A DNA stretch of 63,015 bases, filler included, from an uncultured Methanosarcinales archaeon (GCA_964492935.1; 3 parts of 2 records of this genome joined end to end with filler, not necessarily neighbours in it), one strand, 5' to 3'; positions 45,621 to 55,275 are shown, counted from the first letter of the whole stretch. The notes: generated by a model from the letters alone, not told the origin. Numbers and translations: made by a program.

Positions 45621-46058
45621 ATGACTGTAGAAAATGGTGACACGGTGACGGTATCCTATACCGGAAAATTTGCTGATGGCGAAGTTTTTGATAGTTCTGA
45701 GAAGCAAGGTAAGGCTTTAGAAATTGAGGTAGGTACGGGTAAAATTATTCCTGGTTTGGAAAAAGCACTTTTGGGTATGAAAGAGGGCGAGCAGAAAGTA
45801 GCTGTTATTAAGGCGGAAGAGGGGTATGGTAAGCGAACTGATGAATTGATTAAGAAGGTTCCTCGCGAAGGTTTGCCGAAAGATCAGGAGCCTAAAGTTG
45901 ATATGATGTTGATGGTCGGTTTGCCGAATGGACAGCAGATCCCTGCTAAGATTGTAAAGGTTGAAGATAAGGAAATTACTCTTGATTTGAATCATCCTCT
46001 CGCTGATAAGGATTTGCACTTTGATGTTACGATTGACAAGATTTCTAAGAAGAAGTAG
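45621..46058 (+). CDS. slyD: FKBP-type peptidyl-prolyl isomerase
   Basis: VSYTG...FDSS, IIPGLEKAL, LDLNHPLA; start MTVENGD. Confidence 0.92.
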   Translation: MTVENGDTVTVSYTGKFADGEVFDSSEKQGKALEIEVGTGKIIPGLEKALLGMKEGEQKVAVIKAEEGYGKRTDELIKKVPREGLPKDQEPKVDMMLMVGLPNGQQIPAKIVKVEDKEITLDLNHPLADKDLHFDVTIDKISKKK

Positions 46059-46142
46059 TTATAGTTTTTGATGTAATTCGCACTTTCTTATGATTTCGTT
46101 TATTCTCTTTTCCTTGGTTTCTGGCCTTTTTGCTCTATGGAC
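46059..46142 (-). pseudogene. 3' remnant resembling a YdeI/OmdA C-terminus
   Basis: Hand translation VHRAKRPETKEKRINEIIRKCELHQKL-stop; no start codon. Confidence 0.45.
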
Positions 46143-46285
46143 CTGTAGGTGTAATTATCTTTAAAGATCATGTCTTGAATGTTGGATTTGAGGAAGAACC
46201 AGTTGCTGTTTTGATAACTTCAGATGCAATTGCATCAAGTTATAGAAGGTTTTTTTATGGAATGTGGGAGATTGGGAGGGATTAG
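46139..46285 (+). pseudogene. Frameshifted 3' remnant resembling a TrmB-like regulator C-terminus
   Basis: GPVGVIIFKDHVLNVGFEEEPVAV then, after an extra T, LITSDAIASSYRRFFYGMWEIGRD-stop. Confidence 0.4.
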
Positions 46286-46711
46286 TTAAGGATTTTCAGG
46301 ACATAATCCTAGAAAATCAATTTTTCCAGATGTAATTTCAAGGCTTATTTTTCTTCCTAAAAGATTCTCAATTTTTAAGGCTTTTCTAAGTTCTTCACTC
46401 ATTTCAATATCATATAGATTGGGAACACCTAAAACAATAACATTTTCCTGAATCTTAAACCATTTATGAAACTCAACATCAAGAATTTTGTTTTCCATCC
46501 TCGCAACAGCAATATCCGTCATAGCCCCAGTTGCCTGACCTTCATGAAAAGTGGCACCTAAGTCTGCAAGCCAATGCTCTTCAAGAGCTATAAATAATTG
46601 TTTCTCAACTAGTTCTTGTCTTCCTGCAGGCAGTGAAGTCAATGCTTTCAATTTATCCAAACTTTTTCTATTCATCTGTTTTAGTTTTCCATTCCATCCG
46701 CTCATAATCAT
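46286..46711 (-). CDS. Hypothetical protein
   Basis: ORF with GAGGT RBS; AT-rich, atypical composition. Confidence 0.55.
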   Translation of the reverse strand: MIMSGWNGKLKQMNRKSLDKLKALTSLPAGRQELVEKQLFIALEEHWLADLGATFHEGQATGAMTDIAVARMENKILDVEFHKWFKIQENVIVLGVPNLYDIEMSEELRKALKIENLLGRKISLEITSGKIDFLGLCPENP

Positions 46712-46741
46712 TACCTCATTATTATTGTTATAATTTTATAA

Positions 46742-47258
46742 TCATTTATTCTTTAATAAATTTTTTAATATATCATTAACTTCATTTGGAGTTGCTTGGC
46801 CTTTTGTTTTTCTCATAATCTGCCCTGTTATGAAATGGAGGGCTTTTTCATTGCCGGATTTAAAGTCTTCGACAGCTTTAGGGTTTTCTTTAATGGCTTC
46901 TTTAGCGTATTTTTCTAATTCAGATGAGTCTGATACTGCAGAGAGGTTTTCTTTTTCTATATATGCGTTAACATCAAATGGTTTTTCTATTAATTTTTCT
47001 AGGAGTTTTTGGGCTGTTGTATCTGTAATTGTTTTCTTTTCTACGAGTTTTAAGAGTGCTATTAGGTTTTTTTCGTCTAGTTTAATGTCTTTTAATGATT
47101 TTTTGTTGAGTGCTATTGCTGCAACAATTAAGAGTGGGAAGATGAAGGTGAAGATGAGGAGAAATGCGATGATGAACGCGAAGAGATAGCCTAGCCAGTC
47201 CGGGTTGCCTTGGTAGATGACTTTTTCATCCTTTTGGATATGTTGATCAATTTCCCAT
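46742..47258 (-). pseudogene. Chimeric frame: membrane-protein N-terminus fused to GatB C-terminal (Yqey) domain, frameshifted start
   Basis: EIDQHIQKDEKVIYQGNPDWLGYLFAFIIAF... joined in frame to NKKSLKD...ENPKAVEDFKSGNEKALHFITGQIMRKTKGQATP; nearest ATG (47258) is out of frame by one base. Confidence 0.7.
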
Positions 47259-47337
47259 ATTTGGTTTAGGTGTGTGTGAGGGTATAAAAAGATGTTGTTT
47301 GGTAATGCTTAAATAGTCATTTGTTTTGATAGAGGGT

Positions 47338-48150
47338 ATGGCTATTGAATCGGAGTCTACGTTTTTGTTGAAGTTGTTGTGGCATATTGTGTTGACTCCT
47401 TTTACGTTGATTTTGGTGATATTGAAAAAGAAGGAGGTTTCTGAGATTTTGAAACCATTTTCGCTGTTTTTTAATTTTTTAGTTGCTGCCAAATTTACGT
47501 TGTCGCTTATTGTTTTGAATATTGGTATGTTTTTCTTTAGTTTAACGTTGAGTCAGGAGGTTTTGAATGGGTTTATCTTGTATCCCTCCGATGTGTTGTC
47601 GTTGAAACTGTATACGTTGATTAGTGCTGGATTTTTGCATGCGAATGCGGTGCATTTGGTTGGTAATTGTATTGGGATTTTTATCTTTGGTCGAATTGTT
47701 GAGAAAAATCTAGGTGTTTTGAAGACTGCTGCGATCTATTTTGGAGCTTTAGTTGTTTCTGGTTTATTTAGTTCGTTGATTCATTTGTTGTGGTTAGGTG
47801 ACAATATTGGCGGATTAGGCGCATCGGGTGCGTTGATGGGATTGGTGGCGGCTACCATCTTATTGGATCCTTTTCATCTGACGTATGAGTTATTGGTACC
47901 GATGCCGGTGATGGTTGTTGGGTGGTTGACTTTATATGCAGATATTGCAGGTGTATTGAATCCGATTGAGGATGGGATTGGACATTTTGCGCACATCGGA
48001 GGATTTATTTCTGTTGCGTTGGTGATGTATTTGATTGGTACGGAGACGAGAGAGAAGATGAAGAAGGGTTTTATGATTAATGTGGCTTCGTTAGGGGTTG
48101 CTGTAGCGTTGTACTTTTTAGTTACGTTCGGATTTATTCCGGGGTTTTAG
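47338..48150 (+). CDS. Rhomboid intramembrane serine protease
   Basis: FLHANAVHLVGN, GASG, AHIGG. Confidence 0.9.
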   Translation: MAIESESTFLLKLLWHIVLTPFTLILVILKKKEVSEILKPFSLFFNFLVAAKFTLSLIVLNIGMFFFSLTLSQEVLNGFILYPSDVLSLKLYTLISAGFLHANAVHLVGNCIGIFIFGRIVEKNLGVLKTAAIYFGALVVSGLFSSLIHLLWLGDNIGGLGASGALMGLVAATILLDPFHLTYELLVPMPVMVVGWLTLYADIAGVLNPIEDGIGHFAHIGGFISVALVMYLIGTETREKMKKGFMINVASLGVAVALYFLVTFGFIPGF

Positions 48151-48353
48151 CGTGTTAAGAAGTCGATGACGTTTTCTGCTGTTTTGGTTCCTTTCTTGTA
48201 CATTTCGGTATAGCCGCAGTTTTTGCAGGAGACGGTGTGAAACTTTTTGTTCTGGATGTCGAAGATTTTGCTCCAGATTCCGCCTGCTGCCCTAATCTCT
48301 CCTATTTCATTCTCTGAGTTTTGACATTTTGGGCATTTGAAGCTGGCTTCCAT
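48147..48353 (-). CDS. Zinc-ribbon protein
   Basis: CPKC...SKIFDIQNKKF...CKNCGYTEMY. Confidence 0.85.
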   Translation of the reverse strand: MEASFKCPKCQNSENEIGEIRAAGGIWSKIFDIQNKKFHTVSCKNCGYTEMYKKGTKTAENVIDFLTR

Positions 48354-48438
48354 GTAGAGTGTGAGGATTGAGTTCAATATAAAGCTTTTGTTAGGTTCTT
48401 AGGTGCGATAGCTTTATTAATTCCCAAATTCTTCTTTT

Positions 48439-49023
48439 GTGATGAAGGTTTCTCCACGATTTTACAATATGTTTGTTCATCCTCAGTTTATTACTAAGCT
48501 CTATGCAAAGAAGCTTTCTTCGTATGCGGACATTTCTGGTAAACGATTGTTGGATTTTGGATGTGGTACGGGGAATAATGCTGGTATTTTTGATCCGGAG
48601 CAGTATCTGGGTGTTGATATTGATTCGGAAAGGATTAGCTATGCACGAACGCTGAATCCTACTCATACCTTTCAGGTGGTTGGGGAGCAGCTTGATGAAC
48701 TTGAGGATTCGAGCTTTGATCGGATTTTGATTAGTGCGGTGCTTCACCATATTGAAGATTCCAAGATTGCTGGGTATCTTGCTCACTTTAAACGTATCTT
48801 GAAACCGGATGGTCAGATAATTATTTATGAACCGTTTCTTGCACAGGGTTCTCGATTTAGAAATTGGTATATGAACACATTTGATGAGGGAGACTTCATT
48901 CGTACTGAGAAAGCATACTTAGCGTTTTTTGAGGGGGATTTTGTTACGACGGTTCACTTTAGGGCTAACATTGCTTGGCTGTACAACGGTCTTTTTTTCT
49001 CGGTATCTAAGAAGGAATGTTAA
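48439..49023 (+). CDS. Class I SAM-dependent methyltransferase
   Basis: LLDFGCGTG, GVDID, VLHHI, RILKPDG. Confidence 0.88.
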   Translation: MMKVSPRFYNMFVHPQFITKLYAKKLSSYADISGKRLLDFGCGTGNNAGIFDPEQYLGVDIDSERISYARTLNPTHTFQVVGEQLDELEDSSFDRILISAVLHHIEDSKIAGYLAHFKRILKPDGQIIIYEPFLAQGSRFRNWYMNTFDEGDFIRTEKAYLAFFEGDFVTTVHFRANIAWLYNGLFFSVSKKEC

Positions 49024-49064
49024 GTATACAAATATTTATATATCGGTTTAGGTTTATTTGCTTC

Positions 49065-49292
49065 ATGGTTAAGAAAAAAGTTCTCAAGAAAAAGATGCAT
49101 AAGGGTTGTGAATCTAAGAAGTGTGGTAATAACTCTACTTCTGGTGGCATTTATGGTTTAGGCATGGTTGGTGCCTTAGTGTATTATGTGGCTACTGCAA
49201 CTTCGTTTGGGAATGGTTTTGTAGGTGTGTTGAAGGCTCTCGTTTGGCCGGCATTCGTCATCTACGAACTGATGAAGTTTTTAGGGATGTAA
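49065..49292 (+). CDS. Small membrane protein
   Basis: GGIYGLGMVGALVYY...LKALVWPAF; TATA upstream. Confidence 0.7.
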   Translation: MVKKKVLKKKMHKGCESKKCGNNSTSGGIYGLGMVGALVYYVATATSFGNGFVGVLKALVWPAFVIYELMKFLGM

Positions 49293-49385
49293 TCAGCACG
49301 CGAAATTTCCCTGGCAGAAGAGTTCTAATAGCCTTGAGGTTACGATTGCTATTGCACAGTTTAAGTTTTGAATGCAGGTGATATT

Positions 49386-49622
49386 ATGAAAACGATGATA
49401 TGTAAGGAATTAGGTGGTGCTTGTTCAAAGGAATTTAAAGGTGAGACTTTTGAGGAGATAGCTGAACAAAGTAAACAGCATGGGATGGAAATGTTTCGGT
49501 CGCAGGATGCTGAGCATCTGGAAGCTATGGTTGAAATGCAAAAGTTGATGCAGGATTCTGCTGCTATGTCGGAATGGTTTTTTAAGAAAAAAGAAGAATT
49601 TGATGCGTTGCCTGATAATTAG
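49386..49622 (+). CDS. DUF1059-like small metal-binding protein
   Basis: MKTMICKELGGAC...H; AGGTGA RBS. Confidence 0.75.
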   Translation: MKTMICKELGGACSKEFKGETFEEIAEQSKQHGMEMFRSQDAEHLEAMVEMQKLMQDSAAMSEWFFKKKEEFDALPDN

Positions 49623-49681
49623 CTAGTATACTGTGTTAATTGGTAGCTTTATATAGAAAACATTACTTCTTGGATAGTAAG

Positions 49682-50221
49682 ATGACGTTAGTAACATTAA
49701 GAGGATATGAATTTGATGCTAAGCCTATCAAGGATTCGTTTACTCGGAGAGCTCAGCGGTTCTGTAATGATATTCTGAATACTTTGCGGTCAATTGGGGT
49801 GGGGGAGGATGATGTGGACATTGAGCTTGAGCGGGTTGCGATAAAGAATCTTCCTGCTAGTGCTACCTGGTATTTTGAAGGATATCGTTTGCATTTTAGC
49901 TATAATGGTGCTAGTAAATATGTTGAAAATTTATATGTAGTCAGTAAGATTATCGAATTTGAAGTTGGGCAAATAATTGCTGGTGAAAAGACGATTGAGC
50001 AGTTTATTTTGGACTTTTCTGAATCTGATGAGGTTGAGCAGGAGCGGAGGGAGGCTCGTGCGGTGTTAGGGGTTGAAGAAGATTCTGTGGATTTAGATTT
50101 GATGACTAAGAAGTATAAGGAATTGGCTAAGGAGACGCATCCGGATATGCCTGATGGTGATACTGAGAAATTTAAGATGATTAATCGTGCTCATAAAATT
50201 CTGAAACGGGAATTGGCTTAG
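49682..50221 (+). CDS. Protein with C-terminal J domain
   Basis: AVLGV...YKELAKETHPD...FKMINRAH. Confidence 0.85.
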   Translation: MTLVTLRGYEFDAKPIKDSFTRRAQRFCNDILNTLRSIGVGEDDVDIELERVAIKNLPASATWYFEGYRLHFSYNGASKYVENLYVVSKIIEFEVGQIIAGEKTIEQFILDFSESDEVEQERREARAVLGVEEDSVDLDLMTKKYKELAKETHPDMPDGDTEKFKMINRAHKILKRELA

Positions 50222-50373
50222 GTTAGTTGAAGTGTAGGTTTTAGTCTAGAAAAATTCCTTCTACCGCAATCTTTGGAGTGTTGGGTAATGAGTAGGTGGT
50301 TTGAAGGTCACTAGCCAGGGTTCTCTTTCTTTCGTTAGGTACTTTTATATAGAAAATCTCGATTCTTTGTTTT

Positions 50374-50676
50374 ATGAAACTGACATTGTTTAATGGCCTG
50401 GCTCGCGATCTTGCTGATCATTTAGTGAACGAATTAAGTTGGGGTAGATTCAAGGATGGTCCTCCGAAGGAGGATGTTAATGTACTTGAACGAGGGACTC
50501 CTTTTGAGCAGTATTGTGCAGATTTTGTTAAGGATAGGGTTCCTGAGCGGTTTGATTTTGCACGTGTTACTTCCATTCAGGTAGCTGTTGTTCGCAAGCC
50601 TACTCTAAAGAATGCTTTTGTAAAGATTGTTGTCGAGGGTAACACGTTTAGTGGTAAGCAGTTAGTTATGCTTTAA
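50374..50676 (+). CDS. Hypothetical protein
   Basis: 100-aa ORF with TTTATATA upstream. Confidence 0.6.
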   Translation: MKLTLFNGLARDLADHLVNELSWGRFKDGPPKEDVNVLERGTPFEQYCADFVKDRVPERFDFARVTSIQVAVVRKPTLKNAFVKIVVEGNTFSGKQLVML

Positions 50677-50843
50677 TGTATACATTTATTATTAACCAGC
50701 AACATTTCCTGTAATAAGTTGCCCTATGTTTCCAACAGCAGCTCTGGAAATGGCAAGAAATTAATCTTTCTTTCACTATTTTTTCACTATTTTTTGCATT
50801 TCTTTATATACCGTACCGAGTCTCCATTAGGTAGGTGTTACAA

Positions 50844-51137
50844 ATGAAAAAACATATGATTTTAATTTTGCTGATAGCATGTTCTCTTCCCTTAGTTTTT
50901 GCTAATGGAGAGGGTAGTCATGATGAAGGTTTTGGTGATGATGACGGACATGATGAAATGATGGAAGAGATGGTTTCTGGACATTCTATGGGGGGAAGCG
51001 GGATGACTCATCAATTGCAGATGATCTTGCCCTTTTCACATTTTGGCGAGGGTCATTGGTTTGCCGGCATTATGTTGGTTTTGATGTGGTTATCCTTAGT
51101 ATATGTGGGATATGATTTATTTACGAAGAAAAAATGA
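50844..51137 (+). CDS. His/Met-rich membrane-anchored protein
   Basis: Signal peptide, HDE/MMEEM/HSM segments, C-terminal TM; ATGA overlap with the oxidase gene. Confidence 0.7.
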   Translation: MKKHMILILLIACSLPLVFANGEGSHDEGFGDDDGHDEMMEEMVSGHSMGGSGMTHQLQMILPFSHFGEGHWFAGIMLVLMWLSLVYVGYDLFTKKK

Positions 51138-52213
51138 AGAAAAATCATAAAAAAATAGTAACTATTGTGGTGATAACGGTGGTTTTGTTATCGTTGGGGT
51201 ATTTATTCTCTATGTCTGGACATGGTATGGATCATTCAGCTGTTAATGAGGATTTAATGAAATTACCGTTGAAGACTCCGGAAGATAGGAAGCCGTTAGA
51301 GTTTGTGATGAAGGATGGGATTAAGCAGTTTGAATTAACGGTTGAGGATATCCGTTGGGAATATAAAAAAGGAGAATTTGTTCATGCCTGGGCGTATAAC
51401 GGTCAGATTCCTGGTCCCGAAATTAGGGTGGAGGAAGGCGAAAAGATTAGGATTCTTGTAAAAAATAATATTGATTATGAAGAGGGGACTACGATTCACT
51501 GGCATGGTATTCGTTTACCTGAAAATGATATGGACGGGGTTCCGGGACTGGATCAATATCCTATTAAACCGGGAGAAACGTTTGTGTATGAATATACTGC
51601 CAAAAATGCAGGTACTCATTTCTATCACAGTCATGGTTCATCTCATTTAGATGTTGCAATGCAGGATGACATGGGTTTGACTGGACCCTTAACGGTATTG
51701 CCAAAAAATAAAATGGATATTAGACATCCTTTCAAGTATGACCGGGAATATATCTATATGCTTGATGAATGGTCGGTGGCTGCAGATGGGGAAAATAATG
51801 CAGTACATATGCTTTCTGAGGATGGAGAACATGTGCATGGTGCTGAAGGCGGGCATGAGTATAATGTCTTTACGATGAACGGTAGAGCCTTTCCGGATAC
51901 TGAGCCTTTGATGGTTAAGGAAGGTGAAAGAATTTTGGTACGGCTCATTAATTCTGGAAGTAAAGAAATTCATCCGATGCATACTCATGGTCATGCGTTC
52001 AAAGTTATTGCGATGGATGGTAATATTGTTCCTCGTGCTGCGCAGTTAACGATGGACGTTATTACGTTACATCCGGGCGAGAGACGAGATATTGTGATTG
52101 TTGCTGATAATCCTGGCGTATGGTTGTTCCATTGTCATGATACACATCATGCGGCTGGCGGTATGGTTATGCCTTTCTTTTATGAAGGGTATGAGCCTTG
52201 TTGTATGGATTAG
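51134..52213 (+). CDS. Two-domain multicopper oxidase
   Basis: HWHG, YHSH, HPMHTHGH, HCHDTHHAAGGM; N-terminal TM. Confidence 0.9.
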   Translation: MKKNHKKIVTIVVITVVLLSLGYLFSMSGHGMDHSAVNEDLMKLPLKTPEDRKPLEFVMKDGIKQFELTVEDIRWEYKKGEFVHAWAYNGQIPGPEIRVEEGEKIRILVKNNIDYEEGTTIHWHGIRLPENDMDGVPGLDQYPIKPGETFVYEYTAKNAGTHFYHSHGSSHLDVAMQDDMGLTGPLTVLPKNKMDIRHPFKYDREYIYMLDEWSVAADGENNAVHMLSEDGEHVHGAEGGHEYNVFTMNGRAFPDTEPLMVKEGERILVRLINSGSKEIHPMHTHGHAFKVIAMDGNIVPRAAQLTMDVITLHPGERRDIVIVADNPGVWLFHCHDTHHAAGGMVMPFFYEGYEPCCMD

Positions 52214-52339
52214 GGTTTTTTTGCATTCTTTTTTTGAGTTTTAATGTTGGGAGTATGACGGAAGGCGATTTTAGGCTGTAACTACTATCTTATGGTAAAT
52301 GTCGTAAGGTTTATAATTATTGACTTAATTCAACTTCAT

Positions 52340-52939
52340 ATGGCAAGTGGATTGGATACTTTTCAAGGTAAGCTACATACTTTAGAAGGAACTGGTATTA
52401 CAATAGATGAAACAGTAGTTATTATTGAAGATGAATATGCGATAACATCACCAAGAATGGAACGGCCAGTACTAAAAACAAAAGGTGTTGGAGATTCTGG
52501 TTATTGTTGGAGCTATTACCTTCTTGACGAATCTAATAGGATTGGCGCTCTAACCCATGTAACAAGTGGAAATATGTCTTTTGATAATTTTGAAGTTCTT
52601 TTAAGAGACTTAACCGCTTGTGGAGCAGAGAAATTAATATTAGATTATGTAGGGGAGGATTTAGATCCCCATGTTTTGGAATTCCTTCTAAGAGCACAAA
52701 CACATCTTCAAGATGAAGGTAGATTAGTTAGGCCAGTTACTCAAGTACCATTACATATAGTTGCAATGGATACAAGAAATAGCAGAATTTTTGGCCTAGG
52801 TCCTCATGAATTAGAATTAAATTGTGTAATAAATCAAAGACCGTACGCTTTTCAGAGATATGGGCCAAGTGGTGGTCCAAAAGACTGGTCATGTGCGTAT
52901 CCTATAACTGTTCCAATAGACCTAAAATCGCCTGAGTAA
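52340..52939 (+). CDS. Hypothetical protein, possibly CheD-like Cys-His hydrolase
   Basis: LKTKGVGDSGYC...D...GALTHV; atypical A-rich composition. Confidence 0.5.
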   Translation: MASGLDTFQGKLHTLEGTGITIDETVVIIEDEYAITSPRMERPVLKTKGVGDSGYCWSYYLLDESNRIGALTHVTSGNMSFDNFEVLLRDLTACGAEKLILDYVGEDLDPHVLEFLLRAQTHLQDEGRLVRPVTQVPLHIVAMDTRNSRIFGLGPHELELNCVINQRPYAFQRYGPSGGPKDWSCAYPITVPIDLKSPE

Positions 52940-53013
52940 TATTGCGCTTAACATCGCGATCGCTGTTAGTTTCTCCTGAATACTTGGAGGGATTGATTTT
53001 TAGTGCAACGATG

Positions 53014-53113
53014 NNNNNNNNNNNNNNNNNNNNNNNNNNNNNNNNNNNNNNNNNNNNTTAATTAATTAANNNNNNNNNNNNNNNNNNNNNNNNNNNNNNN
53101 NNNNNNNNNNNNN
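53014..53113. other. Artificial contig linker (N44-TTAATTAATTAA-N44)
   Basis: Same linker as 28301-28400. Confidence 0.95.
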
Positions 53114-53616
53114 ATGCCTTCTACTAATTTTTGGAACTCGTTTAGTGCTTTTTTGTCGATGGTGACTTTGGTGTGGAGTTTCTTGCGCATTCTTCTTGCT
53201 AATTCTTCTGGAGATTCTATGAGCATGCGGGTGGTACGTTCATCTACAACTAGTGCTTCGGCTTTCATCTCTATTGCGGCTGCTAATGCATTCATTTCTG
53301 CGAATTGGATCACACGTAAGGGATGGTTGCGTGCGAAGAGGATTCTATTTGCGATGTCGAGAAGATGGATTGTTTTCTTTCTCAGACCAGGTGCATCGTA
53401 CATTTTGAGATGGCCTGATTCTAGTAGACGTAATATTTGCAATGCTTCGAATTTGAATTTTTTTGTTTGAAGAGGATGGGTGACGAGTTCATTCTTTACT
53501 CCCTCTGGGATGTAGAACGTGCCTTGATAGCGTGATTTGAGCTCTACAAGCAACCCTAGTAATCCATTCGTGGTTAGGGTGATGATAGGGCCAGAATCGA
53601 AGACGATTGCTCTCAT
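53114..53616 (-). CDS. PIN-like domain protein, 3'-truncated by gap
   Basis: IVFDSGPII, VKNEL, AEMNAL, LVVDERTTR acidic pattern. Confidence 0.7.
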
Positions 53617-54158
53617 TTGAAGAGTCTCCTTGCTACGCGTAATCTTTCACGAATTCTTGCGGTTTTATCGATGGGAGTATGTGACTGTCCCATTTGAGAC
53701 ATGAGGTCCCATTTAGAGGTTCCTGAGATTTCTGCTGCTCGTCCCACAGATACTCCATGTTCGCAGAGGTTGCATGCCTTTTTTGCTGAGGCGTGCGTTA
53801 AGAGATGTTCAACGTAATGGGTTAGCTTTTTGTCTAGTTTGGTGATAATTCTGAAGATCTTTTGAAGTTCTCCTTGGTATTGGCGCTCGTCTTTGCGTTC
53901 AAGGACTTTCTTTGCCTTCCCTAGTTCTCGTTGGAGGATTGCGGCGTTTGTTGATTTTCCTGCTCGTTCCATGATTTTTGAGATGGAATAGAGCAGGATT
54001 GCGGTATCAGTACTGTCCTTGTCCTGGAAAATGGTTGCGGAGTGGATGATATGGTTGCTGAGTTTGCGCATATCCATGGCGCGATTGCTAGTCTTCTGCA
54101 TAATAGCGATGGCTTTGGTTAGGACGTGTAGAATGTCTTTGCGAACGTTCTCGTTCAT
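53613..54158 (-). CDS. Hypothetical protein with C-terminal HTH
   Basis: GVSVGRAAEISGTSKWDL; ATGA overlap with the PIN gene. Confidence 0.7.
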   Translation of the reverse strand: MNENVRKDILHVLTKAIAIMQKTSNRAMDMRKLSNHIIHSATIFQDKDSTDTAILLYSISKIMERAGKSTNAAILQRELGKAKKVLERKDERQYQGELQKIFRIITKLDKKLTHYVEHLLTHASAKKACNLCEHGVSVGRAAEISGTSKWDLMSQMGQSHTPIDKTARIRERLRVARRLFK

Positions 54159-54220
54159 GGTGTTTTTTGGGTGATGAAGCTATATAAGCCTTTTGCTTAC
54201 TGCTCAAAAGTAAAATAATA

Positions 54221-54578
54221 GTAAAAGACAGATATTTGAAAGGAATGTTTTTTACAGTCTAGAACATGATATGTACCAGATAGTGCAATGCGTATTCTAG
54301 AAAACTAAAAGACGAGTATCGATTTGAAATTCCTNNNNNNNNNNNNNNNNNNNNNNNNNNNNNNNNNNNNNNNNNNNNNNNNNNNNNNNNNNNNNNNNNN
54401 NNNNNNNNNNNNNNNNNNNNNNNNNNNNNNNNNNTTTTACAATCTAGAACACGAAATCCATTAAATAGTGCAATGCGTATTCTAGAAAACTAAAAGACGA
54501 GTATCGATTTGAAATTCCTCGTCTTTTACAATCTAGAACACGAAATCCATTAAATAGTGCAATGCGTATTCTAGAAAA
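54221..54578. repeat. 89-bp tandem repeat array with internal inverted repeats, interrupted by a 100-N gap
   Basis: Unit restarts at 54435 and 54524; degenerate copy from about 54221; stems TAAAAGACGAG/CTCGTCTTTTA and TCTAGAA/TTCTAGA. Confidence 0.85.
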
Positions 54579-54623
54579 GCAAAAAGTATATAAACCTCGG
54601 TTTTGACTTTACTTTGAAGAATT

Positions 54624-55259
54624 ATGGTCGTGGGGATTATTAGAAAATTCATCAACAAGGTTCTTAGAAACATCTTTAAGGGCAAGAAGCAGCTGAAGCT
54701 AGGTTTGTATGGTCCGCCTAATGGGGGCAAGACGACGCTCGCTAATAGGATTTGCAAGGATTGGCTTGGAGAGGAGATGGGTACTGTTTCTAACATGGCT
54801 CACGAGACTCGAGAGATTCAGATTAAGGAGCAGATTGTTATTTCTTCAAAAGGTAAGGAATTAGCGTTTAATTTGGTGGATACTCCAGGTATTGCCACTA
54901 AAATTGATTATGAAGAGTTTATTAAATCTGGAATGAAGGAAAAGGAAGCGAAGTCGAGGGCGAAAGAGGCTACAAAAGGGGTTATTGATTCTATCAAGTG
55001 GTTAGATGATATGGATTGTGTTGTGGTGGTACTTGACTCGACGAAGGATCCGTATAGCCAGGTGAATATTACCATTGTTGGAAATTTACAGGCTCGTGAC
55101 ATTCCTGTGTTGATTTTAGGAAATAAAGTTGATTTAAAGAAAGCAAGTATTAAAAAGATTCAGTCAGCGTTTCCCCAATATGATGTTATTGGGATTTCGG
55201 CGAAAAAAGGAACCAATGTCGATCAGTTCTATGAAGGACTGTTTGCGTTGGTAAAATAA
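54624..55259 (+). CDS. oapA: Small Era-like GTPase (OapA/ArvA family)
   Basis: GPPNGGKTTLAN, HETR, DTPG, NKVD, ISA; followed by DUF2073-like and Zn-ribbon genes. Confidence 0.85.
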   Translation: MVVGIIRKFINKVLRNIFKGKKQLKLGLYGPPNGGKTTLANRICKDWLGEEMGTVSNMAHETREIQIKEQIVISSKGKELAFNLVDTPGIATKIDYEEFIKSGMKEKEAKSRAKEATKGVIDSIKWLDDMDCVVVVLDSTKDPYSQVNITIVGNLQARDIPVLILGNKVDLKKASIKKIQSAFPQYDVIGISAKKGTNVDQFYEGLFALVK

Positions 55260-55275
55260 AAAAGAGGTGAAGAGC

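Noticed and set aside
46830..47189. 119-aa plus-strand ORF
   Set aside because: Antisense to the recognisable GatB C-terminal frame.
50771..50795. TTTCACTATTTT direct repeat upstream of the copper module
   Set aside because: Two low-complexity copies only; cannot be told apart from slippage.
54221..54578. CRISPR array
   Set aside because: Whole 89-bp units repeat with no unique spacers, and there are no cas genes in the window.
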